Translations under genes and position numbers: made by a program | Notes under the pieces: model-generated | Database searches by the model: none | Told to the model about the DNA's origin: nothing | What the model saw: the letters and a program-made list of their open reading frames with translations, nothing else | Source of the DNA: Felis catus | Lineage: Eukaryota | Direction of reading: 5' to 3' | DNA: 64,000 bases | Assembly (NCBI RefSeq): GCF_018350175.1 | Contig: NC_058368.1 | Coordinates: 21,082,001-21,146,000, forward strand | Shown: in pieces, positions 42,101-55,539 of the stretch | Numbering within the stretch: position 1 is the first letter of the stretch | How the letters are laid out: each line of letters starts with the position of its first letter

Positions 42101-44761
42101 CATCATACTTCAGAACTCAGTTCAACCAGGACTTTGTAGTGACAGTTTCCCTGACAGCCCTCCTTTGCTGAAATAGGTGGTCTACTCTTTCGTCTGGGAT
42201 GGAGCGTCCCACACACCCCTCCTCCAACTGTACCCCGCCATACCCCAGTAGAGCGTAGGATGCGTCATTATGTCTATCTTCCCACCAGCCTGCAAGCTCT
42301 TCTGGAAAGAACCTGTGTCTTCTTCTCTGTACCTCTAGTGCCCACGACACTGTCTTGCATGAAGAAGGGACCCCTCAAATATTTACTGGATGAAAAAACA
42401 ATAGCCGTAAGCCAGAAAAATCCTGACTCTGTCAGAATGGTTAAGAGCTTCACTTGCTTCTCTATGAGCAAAAAAAAAAGAGAATCTTGGGAAAGGGCAA
42501 AGTCAGAGTTTTCGGGTCTTTCAACCACAGGAGCTGTTAGTAAGGAAAATTCAACTGATCATACAGAGATAAAAGAGGGGAGTGTATGCTTTTGCAACTT
42601 GGGTCTGCAGTCCTCCTGTTAGAATTAGAGAAATACAAAAAGAGCACCCAAGAGGAGAGGACTTAAGGGATTGTAGTGAATGGCAGACAAAATGGTGGGC
42701 ACTCGAAACAGTGGGCACTCAAAAGCTAAAAGGACAGCATCAAGATGAAGAAACCAGGAAGGGGGGTAAGTCAGATGAGGAAGGATGGGGAGGCACTTTA
42801 GGCTCATTAGTCATATTATAGGACCTAGAACGGCAAAGGGTTTCTTGGATATAAAAGGACGTACGTCCAGGAGAAATTTAGGAAGGCTCTCCCTGTGTCA
42901 GCAGATAAGAAAAGGAGGAAACCAGTGGGCAGACTGCTTGCGGCCCATTAAATGAAGTAACCCCATTTGTGCTGAGTCGAACTGAACAAAGAAAACTGCC
43001 CCAATGAACAAATATGAGGCTGATTCTGTATTTCAGTTCAGTCTAGAAGCGAATTCTCACAGAACCCAGAAAACTTCCAGAGAGCTCGGTGAGTTGAGGC
43101 AGAGGCACAGGTGGGATCACAGGAGCCCACAGCCCACAGTGCGTAGGACCCCATCGCCTTCCGCCTGCTATGGTGCTGTCTGGAAAGCAGTGCAGGTGTG
43201 TTTGAAGGAGAATGTCTAACAGCAGCTGAAATAACCAAAAACAAAGTGGTGAATGGCTGCCCTGGGCCAATATGGGGACAAATTGGCAGAGTGGAGTGTT
43301 CCTCCACAGACCTGTCCAACTGTTTGAGAATGCCACCATCTCTCCAGAGGTGCCCTTGAAAAGGCTAAGTGGAAAGGTAGAGCCTTTTAAAATTTTATGT
43401 GGTTTCTAAAGCATCTTAATTTTTAATAAAAAGTTCTTAATAGCATTCTGGATAAAAGACTATGGTACTTACAAGATCCTTTTTATAATGCCAAACTCTT
43501 TGTGCAGTATATGTATATATTTTTAAAAAGACCATGGTTTGGCAAATGCTGACGGCCTTTAACACTTACGATTATTCTCCTTCCGTTTACTCTACTGCTT
43601 GATGCTGTGGCCAAGAGCAAATCCATCCAATTCTCTGCCCTGACTTTGCTTCGTTTCGAGGTAAGGAATTTAAAGGAAAATGTAACATAGAGGTAATTTC
43701 CAACAGCCTTAGCCTCTGAAAGTGTTCATCCGGCCGATGCTATCTGACCCTGGCTTCCGATGCATGTTCCGAAGGCCCAAGCATGTCCAGAAACATGTAA
43801 GTAAGGCACATTTCTGGGGATGATGGCCCTCTAGGTGTCAACAATTACAACTAAATAAGACACCCATCCCTAAGTGTAGAATAGAATCCTGGCGCTCTCC
43901 TGGCGCTCTCCTGTCGTTTGGTTAATGCTTTACAATTTACAAAGTGCCTTCTTTGAGCCTCAGAGAAGTTACATGATTCACCGAGTCTGTGGCTTGGTGC
44001 CAGAGCCAGAAGCTTCGCGGACTTCCTTCCTGCAGGTCCAGGCTCTGGGAGCATCCTGACTAGAACACCTGTGGCCAGAATTAACTTAGCAATAAAGCAT
44101 AGTGATTAACAGCTCACTTCAAGAGTCATTCGGAGAAGCAGACCATAAGCTAGATGGGAGGAGGACACCGGGGAAAATGGCCCAAGCTAAGACATCGACT
44201 GAGGACGGACGCCGTATTCAAAGGACATCCCAGAAACCCTCCTCAACCTGGGAGACAGGTGGTACCAGATCATCTGCCAGGAAGGAGTGTTCGGAAGCCA
44301 TTTTGGAGAAGGCCAAGCATTTCAGGAAGAAAAAATTAAATTTCATGCGTCCTAAGCATTAGCAAATTGCTAGAAGCTCAGATTTGCAAGAGTAGGTGAA
44401 TGTGTCATTCACTTAGAAAATGAGTCAGTTGGTTGCCTCTTGTTACCTTTGATCTGAAAAGGAAATATAAGGGGTGCTTGGAAAGAAAGACAAAGCCCCC
44501 CCACCCCCACCCCAAGAACAAACCCTGTGAAAATAAAATTTCCCAAGCTGTTAGTATCCTATTTGCAAAATCAGATTCTCTTTTAACTTATCGAGTTCAT
44601 GTTGCGAATTTCAAAACTCTCTTGTGAATTCAAATTTTTACTTTTCATCCAGGGACTAAGAAGTTATCAATATTCTCACCACACTTGAGAGAGAAAACTA
44701 AACAACAAGGAAGTAGGAATGCTCACATTTATTCACATGTATGGAGCTTGACTCATTTTCT

Positions 44762-44881
44762 TTTTTTGTTTGTTTGTTTCTCTATTTTTGAGAGAGGAAG
44801 AGAGAGCAAATGAGGAGCAGAGAGAGAAGGAAAGAGAGAGAGAAGGAGGGAGAGAGGAAGGGAGGGAAGGGGAGGTAGAGA

Positions 44882-44925
<44 letters not shown>

Positions 44926-45052
44926 CCCAAGCAGGCTCTGCACTGTCAGCGCAGAGCCTGATGCGGGGCTTGAACTCATGAACCATGAGATCATGACCTG
45001 AGGCATGAATCAAGAATGAGACATTTAATCGACTGAGCCCCCCAGGCACTCC
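44762..45052 (-). mobile_element. CanSINE with long CT-rich tract
   Basis: Perfect 18-bp TSD gagcttgactcattttct (44744-44761, 45054-45071). Confidence 0.95.
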
Positions 45053-45089
45053 TGAGCTTGACTCATTTTCTAAGTGAAAGACACATTGA

Positions 45090-45260
45090 TCTATTCTGTA
45101 ATTCAGCCTTTTTGTGCCTCAATGTTCTCATCTGCAAAGTAGGAAAAATAACAGTACCTGCTCATGGTTTGTCATTAGGATTAAATAAGTCAATGTACAT
45201 AAAGTACTTGGCATAGTGGCCAGCATAATAAATGACAAGTAAATGTTAGCTATTATTCAT
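45090..45260 (+). mobile_element. MIR
   Basis: gtgcctcaatgttctcatctgcaaagtaggaaaaataacagtacct. Confidence 0.8.
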
Positions 45261-46804
45261 ATTCCAATGAGTGCTTTGGTTTCTATAAATCATAAAAAGT
45301 GATCCTTGAACACACGCAGGCAAGAAGTTTCCAGTGGTTTGTTAGGTCTATGAAATTTGATCTTCCTTGCCTTTCTTGGCAGGGATCTTAACTAGCTAAA
45401 GTTATTGATCCAGGTAGCAAGATCCACACCTCTACATGACTGTTTCCACTCACTGAAAATTTCCAGAAAGTAATCATTTCAGGCTGAAATTGTCCGTGCT
45501 TGGTCTCAACCCAATGGAAACTCACTTGCATTGGAAGATGGGAGCACAGTCCATCCCCTGATTTGCAATGGCTGGAGTTGAGGGACAACCGGACTTTTTC
45601 TACCCCAAAATAATATCTTTTAGCTGAACTTTTAAAAAATCACTAAACATTGTGAGTTTAATCTTCCCTTAGCCGTGAATACAATAAATGACCACCTGCT
45701 TTAAAGCTCCTATTATTTTTAAGATCTTTTTTAAGCTCCTTTGAGACAAAGAGGTCCCAAGTAGAAAATTTTTTCTTTTATATCCAAGTTTCTCAGCTGA
45801 AATATCTACATTTTAATAGCTGCTTCTCTGATTTTTCTCTTTTAACTTCATAACATATTTTACAGCTCCAAGGTGCTGGTAAAATGAGTTTGGAAAGTTT
45901 TTTTTAACATAGATTAAATGCCAAGAGCCCTCCACTCTACCCACCAGACATACACAGCCACAAGTCCTTCTCTTCACAATGCCGAGATAGTCAGACCCAG
46001 TGTTTGGAAACATCAGTTTCTCAATCACAGACTGAGAAGGGCCTGCAGCTTATGTGCAACCCAGCTCCTTCTCCAGTGCCCACTACAACGGATGGGTGAA
46101 TGAGCAAATGAACAATTGGGCATTGTGTGGACCAGCCTAGCAGATGGTCCTCTGAATAGTTTCCTTATCTAGATATTTCTTAGAAATGTTATAACGTTTC
46201 TTTCATTATAAATACTTCATTTCTCTAACATGAAGGTTTCTTCTCTCTTTGTCCTTATCACCACCAGCTACCAGTAGCCAAGTTACAGAAGCAATGGCTA
46301 TATATCCTCAAACCCATGACCACTCAGAATCAGAGTTGCTTTGACTGCACAGCAATCACAGTGCAACATGCCCGAAGAAAAGGGACCCTGAAATGGGACC
46401 TCTCTGGACTTCCTCCCCAGACCAGGAATCAGTTCCGATCTAAATCGGAAATGCTTGGATAGAGAGGAAAGATGGATTTGATGCAGGAAATACAGGACAC
46501 AGGAAACAGGAGAGCAGCACTTAAACACCTTCTCTCACTTGATTCTTCATCAAAACAGTTACCAGACTCTAATCTGTAAACCTTCCAGGGTCAGGGATGC
46601 AAAAATGATGGTCCAGAAGGCGTGCACTCCATTCACAGCTCCATGTTGACAAATTATGAGCTTTAGTGAGCCTTATGCTCCTAAAAGGCAAAAATCATGT
46701 CATTTGCTACTTTGTATTCTCAGGGGCCTACTGCAATGTGGGGAATATAGGGAGGGGGGAGCTTAAGAAGTATTTGTAGGAGGAAGAAAAGAAGGCCTGA
46801 GAGA

Positions 46805-46978
46805 GATGGGAAGGAAGGAAGGTAGGTAGATAAAAAAGGAAGGAGGGAGGGAGGGAGCGAGGGACGGAAGGAAGGGAAGGAGAGGCATAGGAGAGAGGGA
46901 GGGAAGGAAGGAAGGAGGGAAGGAAGGAAGGAAAGAAGGAAGGAAGGAAGGAAGGAAGGAAGGAAGGAAGGAAGGAAG
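46805..46978. repeat. (GGAA)n/(GGGA)n polypurine microsatellite
   Basis: About 10 perfect GGAA units at 46938-46978 within a longer purine-rich tract. Confidence 0.97.
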
Positions 46979-48144
46979 CAGGCAGATGAGTCTCTTCTGG
47001 GAGAGCATGGCACAAATTCACTCATTTGTGCCTGGACCATTTTCAGTCGTCTGAATAACATGGGCCAAAAGAAGGATCTGAAATTCATATAAATGATACC
47101 ATTCTGAATATCAGGTTGGTGAGTTAGCTTGTGTCTCCTCTACATATGTGGTTTACTTTAAATGTAGTGTATAGCTGGAGGCAGGGAACAGGCATGGAAT
47201 TCTATAAAAGATGGAACTGCATTATTGAAAATCATCAGAGGCCTTCACTTGAGCTTTCGAGGTTTGTAGGCATGGGAAATTAGAGCCCTGGAACATGTGA
47301 TACTATCTTCGAACCAGAGACCAGATTCCTTGATTAAACTTCAGACTCTTGGAATCTCCTGATTGTTCATCTCATACTAATGATCTGGGAGAAATACTAG
47401 AAGGCAAGTTAATGATCCTGCTGAGTCTGAATTGGGAGGCAGCCACCTGAAATATTAGTAATCGACCAAAGTAAAGAAATAATTACAGGCTGACTAGATT
47501 AGAAATATAATCTCCACAGTACTTTCCCATAAGTAAATAAGGTTCAACTTATAAAACATCATGAAGAAAAAAGGCACTACACAACTCATCACTGTGTACC
47601 TTAGAACACTGGCGGCATCTGGACTCAGCTATGCCCTTCTCAGAGCTACATGCCAGAGGGATGGTCCCCAAAACCGTGTAGTCTCCAAACAGGAGATACT
47701 TAAAAACATAAGCCCTTAGTCCTAACCCACCAGGACTGAACACCAGCCTGTCCACCGTGCTTCATGACCCAGTGAACACTGAGCACTCACCATGCGCCAG
47801 CCATTTGTGCTGGATGCTGGGATACAGACAAGGAATATCCATCTCTGGGCAGCTTAGCCTACGCTGGCAAATGGGCCCTTCCATAGAAGAAAATAACAGG
47901 GAATGACTTTCCTAACTTGGTCCAGAAGAACTTTGGATTTCCATGCTGGGAAGCCTTGCCTAGGTGCAAGTTTCTCTAGCCTACCTCGTGAAGAACTACC
48001 TCTTTTGAGTCAGGACACCAGACAGGTCTAGAGAGGCTGTGAGCCTCTGAAGAGTGGCTGGCCTCCCTCCAGACTGTCAGATAGGGAACTCTGACCTCTG
48101 TATCACTGCCCCTTTCTTGTTTTCCCTCCTGTGTTTCCCAACAA

Positions 48145-48500
48145 GCTGTACATCAGAATCACTGAGGGCACTTTTTAAAAATATAGATGCCTGACCCCTA
48201 CCTCAGTCTTGCTGAATTAGAATCTTTGCATTGGGTGAAATCTGCTTGTTGGACAATTTTGCAAGAAATTTTAATGTCAAGTTAGAGAACCACTGGGTAG
48301 TAGAAAGAACACAGGTTTTGGAGCCAGGTAAACCAAGATTTGAAATCCAGCACTGACAATTAATTGACATAATTAACTCTAGGGGACCTGGTTTAATTAC
48401 TTAACATCTTTGTGACCCAGTTCCCTGTGCAGTAAAGTGGAATAATGCCCAGAGTTATTACAAACTTGGAATAAAACACGAAAAATATTCAGCACTACAG
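48145..48500. mobile_element. MER5A-like fragment followed by MIR
   Basis: catcagaatcact...gaattagaatct...gttagagaaccactg, then a MIR head gtagtagaaagaacacaggttttggagcc. Confidence 0.7.
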
Positions 48501-49393
48501 CCACTATCATAATTTCCTCCCACCTCCACTAAATGCCTGCTTCCCAGAAAACATCTTATACCAATATTTTATGATTTGGTTCAAATTTAAGTCAAACTTC
48601 TCCAGGATTATCCTATGGGTTTATCTCCAGCTGTGGAAAGAAGAGTTTTGCTCACTAATTTTAAAACTCCAAGAAGCATATTGTAAATAGGAAAGATTCA
48701 GGGGATTGAGTTGATTTTAGCCATAGGGACGAGTTATAGGTACCCTTCCCTAGAGAGACAAAGTCAATTATATACTAAATTACTGGGAGCAAGAGGTACA
48801 AATCTAGTGAGAATTATGGGAAAGGACAGAGGCCACCGTTTTGTCTCCTTACATTTCTATAACAAGTTACCCTTTATTGCATGATGAAGATGAAATATAC
48901 AAAGAACACTGGACTAGGAACGCAAAGACCTGTGTTCAAACCCTAGCCGTGCAACTTTGGACAACTCAATTCTCTCTGAACCTCAGTCACTTACCCCATA
49001 AAATGAGGGATCGAGGCTGCTAAAATCTTACTACATTGACTTATGGATTTCATATCTTTTCAAAGCACAGAATATTCAGCTAACAGTCACATAAGTGAAG
49101 CAGGAAGGTTCTGGCAGGCACCAGTGTACTGAAGAACAACGAAGACCTTTCAGAGAAGGGAGCCCCTAAGAAGCACAGATCTTGAATGTCTCACGGGAGT
49201 CTAATCTTAGAGTTTACCCTGAATTTGCCAACCCTTGACCACTCTGACATTCAAACGAGTCGTCTGCAGCCCAAGTTCCTGGTAAAAATAGGAGTGGGCT
49301 AAGTGTCCACATGCCACCTGTCCCTGGATACTCCTGGCAGGAGGCAGCCAGAAAATAACTGAACCTAAACTTGGATAGAAATGAGCTCTCTCT

Positions 49394-49558
49394 GGGGTGC
49401 CAGGGTGGCTCAGTTGGTTCAGTGTCCAAATTTGGCTCAGGTCATGATCTCATGGTTCATGGGTTCAAGCCCTTGGTCAGGCTCTGTGCTGACAGCTCAG
49501 ACCCTGGAGCCTGCGTTTAATTGTGTGTCTCCCTCTCTCCCTGCCTCTCCCCTACTTG

Positions 49559-49599
<41 letters not shown>

Positions 49600-49640
49600 A
49601 TAAATAAACATTAAAATTTTTAAATAAAAAAGAAAAAGGA
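49394..49640 (+). mobile_element. Felid CanSINE
   Basis: TSD agaaat(g/a)agctc. Confidence 0.95.
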
Positions 49641-50119
49641 AAAGAAATAAGCTCCTTCCAAGATAAATAGACAAAAGGTAAAACTGTCCAGTTGGTTTTC
49701 CAAGAAAGTCTGAAGAAGATCGTCAGGGGGTGAAAACCACCCAACAGGGCCACCTAAGAGCTGTAACCACAATCTCCACCACCAGTGACCTAGCAGAGGC
49801 TCAAACATGCCTCTCCCTGTCATGATTTTGGCAGGGTCCACAGCTAGTTTACTCTTGGGTACAGGTATTCCTGCTGAAGCACCAAGTGAGAGGAGCTATT
49901 AACAGGATACTTTGGGAAAGAGAATTGAACCAGAAAACCCCAAAGAATATTCTACTTCATTAATAATACACAGGCCTTGAAATAACCTTCCCTAACTTTT
50001 TCCCTACTTTCTAATGTATCTGAATTTCTTTCCATCTTTCCTTTCTTCTCTTCTTTCTTAAGGACAAGATGTCACCTAACCTGGCAGCTTTGTATCATTT
50101 CACCCCAACGACTCCTCTC

Positions 50120-50331
50120 TCCTGGATGACCACACCCCAACATCTTCTGGATGACCACATAACCCTATCCTGGATGACCACATCCCACCCTTTCCTGGAT
50201 GATCACACACCATCCTGTCCTGGATTACCACACCCCACCCTCTCCCCGATGACCACATAACCCTTTCCTGGATGACTACATCCCATCCTCTTCTGGACGG
50301 ACACACCCCATCCTGTCCTGGATAATCACAG
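50120..50331. repeat. Minisatellite of 23-25-bp units (tcctggatgaccacac...), about 8.6 copies, 98-bp higher-order period
   Basis: Unit starts at 50120, 50145, 50168, 50193, 50218, 50243, 50266, 50291 and 50316. Confidence 0.93.
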
Positions 50332-50719
50332 TAAAACTGACTCTTCTCCTGGACCTTCCTATTGGCTCATCTTCCTCTACACCTCCCTTAAATGTGCTTT
50401 CCAGGAATCCAGCCTGAATCCTTTGATTTCTTGGTTACACCTTCTCTCCTCAGGCCATTGTATCCACACCCAGGGCCTCTGACCACCACCTTTACACCAC
50501 AGATTCCCAAATAAATGTCAGAGTTCCAAATTCAGTATGGAGGTTTTGACTCTTAGATCTTAATTGTCCCCTTAGTCTCTCCTTTTAGGACTAGAAGAAA
50601 ATGGCCTCAGCTACAAGTAGGATGCCCCTCAGGAGGTCTCTCCTGAAAGGAAGCCAGTCTGAGCACATTTTCTGTTTTCCTATTCCAACCACTCCCCTGA
50701 CCTGATCCCGTGGCTACTG

Positions 50720-50950
50720 AAGCAGTATAGAAAGTGGTGCAAAGGTATTCGCACCTAAATTTGAATCCCATCTCCACACATAGGCAACTTACCTAACATC
50801 TCCAAGTTTTATTGCATCATCTGTGTTGAGCGGTTTATAATAATATCCACCTTATGGAATCATTATGAACATAAAATGAGATGATACTTATAAAGTGCTT
50901 AGCACAGCGCTCAGCACTTAGAAAGAGCTCAATGCTAGCTATTATTATAT
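50720..50950 (+). mobile_element. MIR
   Basis: aaatttgaatccc...aaaatgagatgatacttataaagtgcttagcacagcg. Confidence 0.75.
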
Positions 50951-51973
50951 GCCTGTAGTCATTATGCAAAAATGGTGGTTTGCATTCAAACTTCTACTAT
51001 CTCAATAGGAAAAAGAAATCCATTTCAATGCTTCTAAGTCTTTTAACCCTTTCCTACCTCCATAGCTAAATATAATCCAAATGGTGGCAGTCAAGTTCTG
51101 AGGCTGCTAGTGGAAAAGGCTCATGAAGGAAAGGGCTTTCTTTCTTTGGAGTTTCTTTGCCAAGTACAAGATTCTCCTATCAATTAGAGTGAGCTAATTC
51201 ATGCCAAGCATTCTTCACCATCCAAGGTGAAGTTGAAGGGAAAGACACACTAGTGAATTCAAACACAATAAACAAAAGAAACATACATCAGGCAAAGCCA
51301 GGGAAACAAGGTGCTGAGCACAGGAACCATGTTTTTTGTCTAAGAATTTACTTTTGACAAATTTGCTTTCCTCCAGAATTCCATCTTTTGCCCTGTAATT
51401 GAAATTCCCGTGTCCCCAGTCCCAATCAAAATGGGTAGGAAAAAGGAAGCTTGACATCCCATAAGAGACAAGTGACAGGAGAGACAAACTCTTGACCAAT
51501 TAAAATAATTCTCTCACTTGCCTCACTTTCCCCTGTTAAAAAAAAAAAATTACAAGAATCTTCCTGCAGCTTCATTCTATGTGGCTTCCCTGGGGTTATG
51601 TGTTTGTGTGCACTCATCATTGTTGAATTTCCAGCTTTCATTTTTCTTTAGAAAGCAACACTTAGTTCACTGAAGCCTGCTGATTATGAGGGTACACAGA
51701 CCCAAATGAATCATAGAAGCAGCCAGATTGCACAAATACAAATCCTCCGCATTGTGTCTTCCGCCCGCCCTAACCTTCTCATACGGCCTCTCTTCCCAGC
51801 ATCCCTTTCTCTGATTACCTCATCCACACCCAAAGTACAATTAGTGCATTCAAGCACTAGAGACAGCTAATAAGGCAAGGAAGAGTGCAGCAAACAACCC
51901 CATGGTTCCTAGAATCTAGGCACAACACAAAAGCAAAATAAATTTAAAAAGTAATAATATCTACAGCTAGTAC

Positions 51974-52360
51974 TGTGGGGTACCATCCAGATCTCCCCAT
52001 CAACTCATTCCGTCAGCTACCAGGAGTGCTGGCTGCTGATGGGACAACTGAGTCCCTTTCTAGGTTATGTACTTAAGCTTAAAGAGCCACCTCTCCCGAG
52101 TTTACACTTCCTTCCTAAAGACAGACAGCATCCAATACCTGGTCAACGTGGAGGGTTCAAAGCTGAATCTCTCTGCCTAAATTCAGAGCAATTCTGAATG
52201 GCTGTCTCAGGTCCAGCACTCCCATAGGTTGATGAGGGTCTTTGTTTGGACTGCACTACACTTCAACTTCTCTACCCAATGCCATTCCCCTCACTCCCAG
52301 TAAACTCCTGTGTGCAAATCTACCTCACTCTTTGTTTGCCATTGAACATGACCTAAAACA
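51974..52360 (+). mobile_element. ERVL solo LTR (LTR16-like)
   Basis: tgtggggtaccatccagatctcccc...ggagtgctggctgctga...gacctaaaaca. Confidence 0.7.
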
Positions 52361-52744
52361 ACAGCCCAGAAGGCTAATATTTCAAAGATCAGTGAAACTG
52401 ATATTTCAGAAACTTCCACCGAGTCCTGAAGCATTCCTTAAGGTCCAAGGAAAGAGTCATGGGTAGTCTTTGGTATCACACAGCCAGCCATCAACTTGCT
52501 CCACAGTGAGAGGATATTGGGCTCTGGGGAGTAAGAAAGTTAGTTGGCTTAGAGCTAACATGTCTAGGGCTCCGTCCCAGAGTTTCTTGGGCGTGCCCTT
52601 AAGCAAGTTTTTTTAGAGCAGTGTTTTCAAATGACCTTTCTCATTTTCAGTCTATCACAAACCAACAATATTTTTTATATCCAAATATATATATACATAT
52701 ATTTAATATACTTATAAACTATATTTTATAAAGTACAATAAAAT

Positions 52745-53635
52745 GGATGATAATTCCCTACTTAAGTAGAGGCTGCACATGGTGATTTCCTTCAAAGGGG
52801 TACACGGTAGGAGGGGGATGTGGGAAGATAATATTACAGCAAAGGGGCGCCTGGGTGGATCAGTCAGTTGAGCCTCCGATTTCGGCTCAGGTCATGATCT
52901 CACGGTCCGTGAGTTCGAGCCCCGCGTCAGGCTCTGTGCTGACAGCTCGGAGCCTGGAGCCTGCTTCGGACTCTGTGTCTCCCTCTCTCTGACCCTCCCC
53001 CATTCATGCTCTGTCCCTCTCTGTCTCAAAAATAAATAAACATTAAAAAAATTTTTTTAAATATTACAGCAGAGAAACCTGATAAACATGACCTTATCCA
53101 AATGATCAAGGTCAACAACAGTAATAAGTCACGTTGGCAATATGTTGCCTTGATTTGAAGAGATGAAAATGGCCCTATGCCTTTCTGGTCTTCCTGCCAA
53201 AAACTCATAAGCCCAATTTCATCATGAGGAAACATCATATAAATCTCAACTGAAAGACATCCTATGAAACTCTTGACCAGTATTCCTCAGAACTGTCAAA
53301 GTCATCAAAACCAACAAAAGTCTGAGAGATTGTCACAAGAGGAAGCTAAGAAGACATGACAACGAAAGATAATGTGGCATTTTGGAAGAGAACCTAGAAT
53401 AGAAAAATGACATTAGGTTAAAAACTAAGGAAATATCAATAAAGTATGAATTTTAGTTAATAATAATGTATCAATATGAGTCCATTAATTACAACAAATA
53501 TACCATACTAATGCAATATATTCATAATAGGGGAAACTTGGTGCAGAGGATATGAAAACTCTCTGTATTATCTTCTCAATGTTTCTGTAAATCTAAACTT
53601 GTTCTAAAAAATAAAGCTTGTTCTAAAAAATAAAT
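52745..53635 (+). mobile_element. L1MC/L1MD-type 3' end split by a SINE
   Basis: gagaaacctgataaacatgacctt...ctctctgtattatcttctcaatgtttctgtaaatctaaa. Confidence 0.8.
52844..53057 (+). mobile_element. Felid CanSINE
   Basis: TSD aatattacagca. Confidence 0.96.
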
Positions 53636-53649
53636 CAAATATAAATGAA

Positions 53650-53846
53650 TTTATTTTTGAGACAGATAGCACAAGTGCACCTGTGTGAATGGAGGAGGGG
53701 CAGAGGGAGAGGGAGGGAGAGAATCTCAAGCAGGCTCCTTGCTCAGCTCAGAACTCGATATGGGGCTCAATCTCACAACAGTCAGATCATGACCCAAGCC
53801 AAAATCAAGAGTCAGACACTTAACCGACTGAGCCATCCAGGCACCC
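53650..53846 (-). mobile_element. CanSINE
   Basis: Reverse-complement SINE ending agccatccaggcaccc. Confidence 0.92.
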
Positions 53847-53864
53847 TGAATATAAATGATTTTT

Positions 53865-54040
53865 TTTATTTTTTTAAAGGTTTATTTTATTTTGAGAGAG
53901 AGAGAACATGAGTGGGGGAGAGGGACAGGGACAGGGAGTGAGGTGGGGGAGAGAGAGGGAGAGAGAGAGAGAGTCCCAAGCAGGCTCGTGCTGAGCATCA
54001 AAAGTCAGATGCTCAAGCGACTGAGCCACTCAGGCACCCC
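53865..54040 (-). mobile_element. CanSINE with internal deletion
   Basis: Reverse-complement SINE lacking the central segment (gtgctgagc joined directly to atcaaaagtcag). Confidence 0.9.
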
Positions 54041-55192
54041 AATAAATGAATTTTTTTAAAAAATATATACATAAGCCCTGTCTTTTTATTCGTGTCAATC
54101 AACAAAATGTCTCTGTCAAATTTTTACAACGTTTCTAAATGCTTACTCTCACATTCTGTACCTACATTGCCACCAGCCAGTAATAAGTGGTTCCCAGAGA
54201 GACACCAGTCTGAAGACCACAGTCTGAGGAGCTGAGGGCTCATTTTCCTCGTCAGTGAAACGAAAGCAGGGACCCAGAGGATCAGAACTTTCATGTTTCC
54301 TCATATTTAACCTCGGGAATGCTGTAAGTGATCACCTTTTGCAAAACAATAGGTACTCAGAACCAGATGCCTAGAACCAAGCCCCTTCTCCATGACGAGT
54401 GGCATAAGGTAAACACTGTCCAGCTGTATAGACACCTATTTTCTCCAAAATTTCTTTAACTCAAGCAGCACAAAGGGTACTATCTCTGGGTGCTTTTTTT
54501 TTTTTTCAATCCAGAACTAGAAAAAGGAAGAAATGAAACATAAAAGTAATAACTACGTGTTCAGGCTGTCACAGATGGTCCTTAAGCCAGGGTGCGTGTT
54601 CCTTTTCTCTCACTCAGAAGCCCTAGAAAACCAGGAGAAGCCTCTTGTGCCAGGAGATTGTTGGAGTCATAAGCCAGCTGTAATTGGCCAGGAACCAAAG
54701 GTCTGTCAGCAAACCATGAATTGTCAGAGTTGAGACAGGGCACAGCATGAGAGAAGACATGCCACAGTTTGGGAAGTTGGTAAAATGAGTGGAAAGCACA
54801 CCTTCCGATGAGCAAGAAGGAGGGGAAAATTGTAGTTGAAAAACAGATGGTATCAACCTGTCCCACCGAATAGGTTTTTGAGATGTGAATGGAGGGTTTC
54901 AAAACAACCCAGGGAAACAATTATACGTCTGAGAGGGCCAGAGATGATTCAGTTTCTTGTGGGTCTTGGAAAGCCTAAGGTTGATGCCCACAACTGAAGC
55001 CCCAAGAAACAGGAAGCAGACATAGCAAAAGCCAGTAGGGAATATGAACCATGAGCACATGCCAGGATTCAACCACCATGAGTGAGATTAAGGATATTTA
55101 AATATTGGAACTTTGGAAAGAATTTAAATATTAAAAACCTTAGGTTCCATGTACTATTCACATATTATCTCCTATTAATTACATATTACTTC

Positions 55193-55419
55193 TTTTTTTT
55201 AAATTTTTTTTAATGTGTATTTATTTTTGACAGAGAGAGAGAGAGACAGAGCATGAGCAGGGAAGGGGCAGAGAGAGAGGGGGAGACACAGAATCTGAAG
55301 GAGGCTCCAGGCTCTGAGCTGTCAGCACAGAGCCCAATAAGGGGCTCGAACTCACAGACCCCGAATCGTGACCTGAGCCGAAGTTGGACGCTTAACCGCC
55401 TGAGGCACCCAGGCGCCCC
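55193..55419 (-). mobile_element. Felid CanSINE
   Basis: TSD atattacttctt. Confidence 0.96.
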
Positions 55420-55539
55420 GTTAGATATTACTTCTTAATTAAATTTCTATTCTAACTCCTCTGTGGTCCATCTCCTAGCAATAGAGTTCATCTAGATATC
55501 TGACCTATATTTCAGAAATTTCTAGAGATGGGATATGTC

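Noticed and set aside
43037..43088. Possible plus-strand exon (tatttcag ... TCG|gtgagt)
   Set aside because: Short pyrimidine tract, several competing AGs and no recognisable coding content; compatible with chance.
46720..47088. LPSF-repeat ORFs
   Set aside because: Translation of the (TTCC)n microsatellite.
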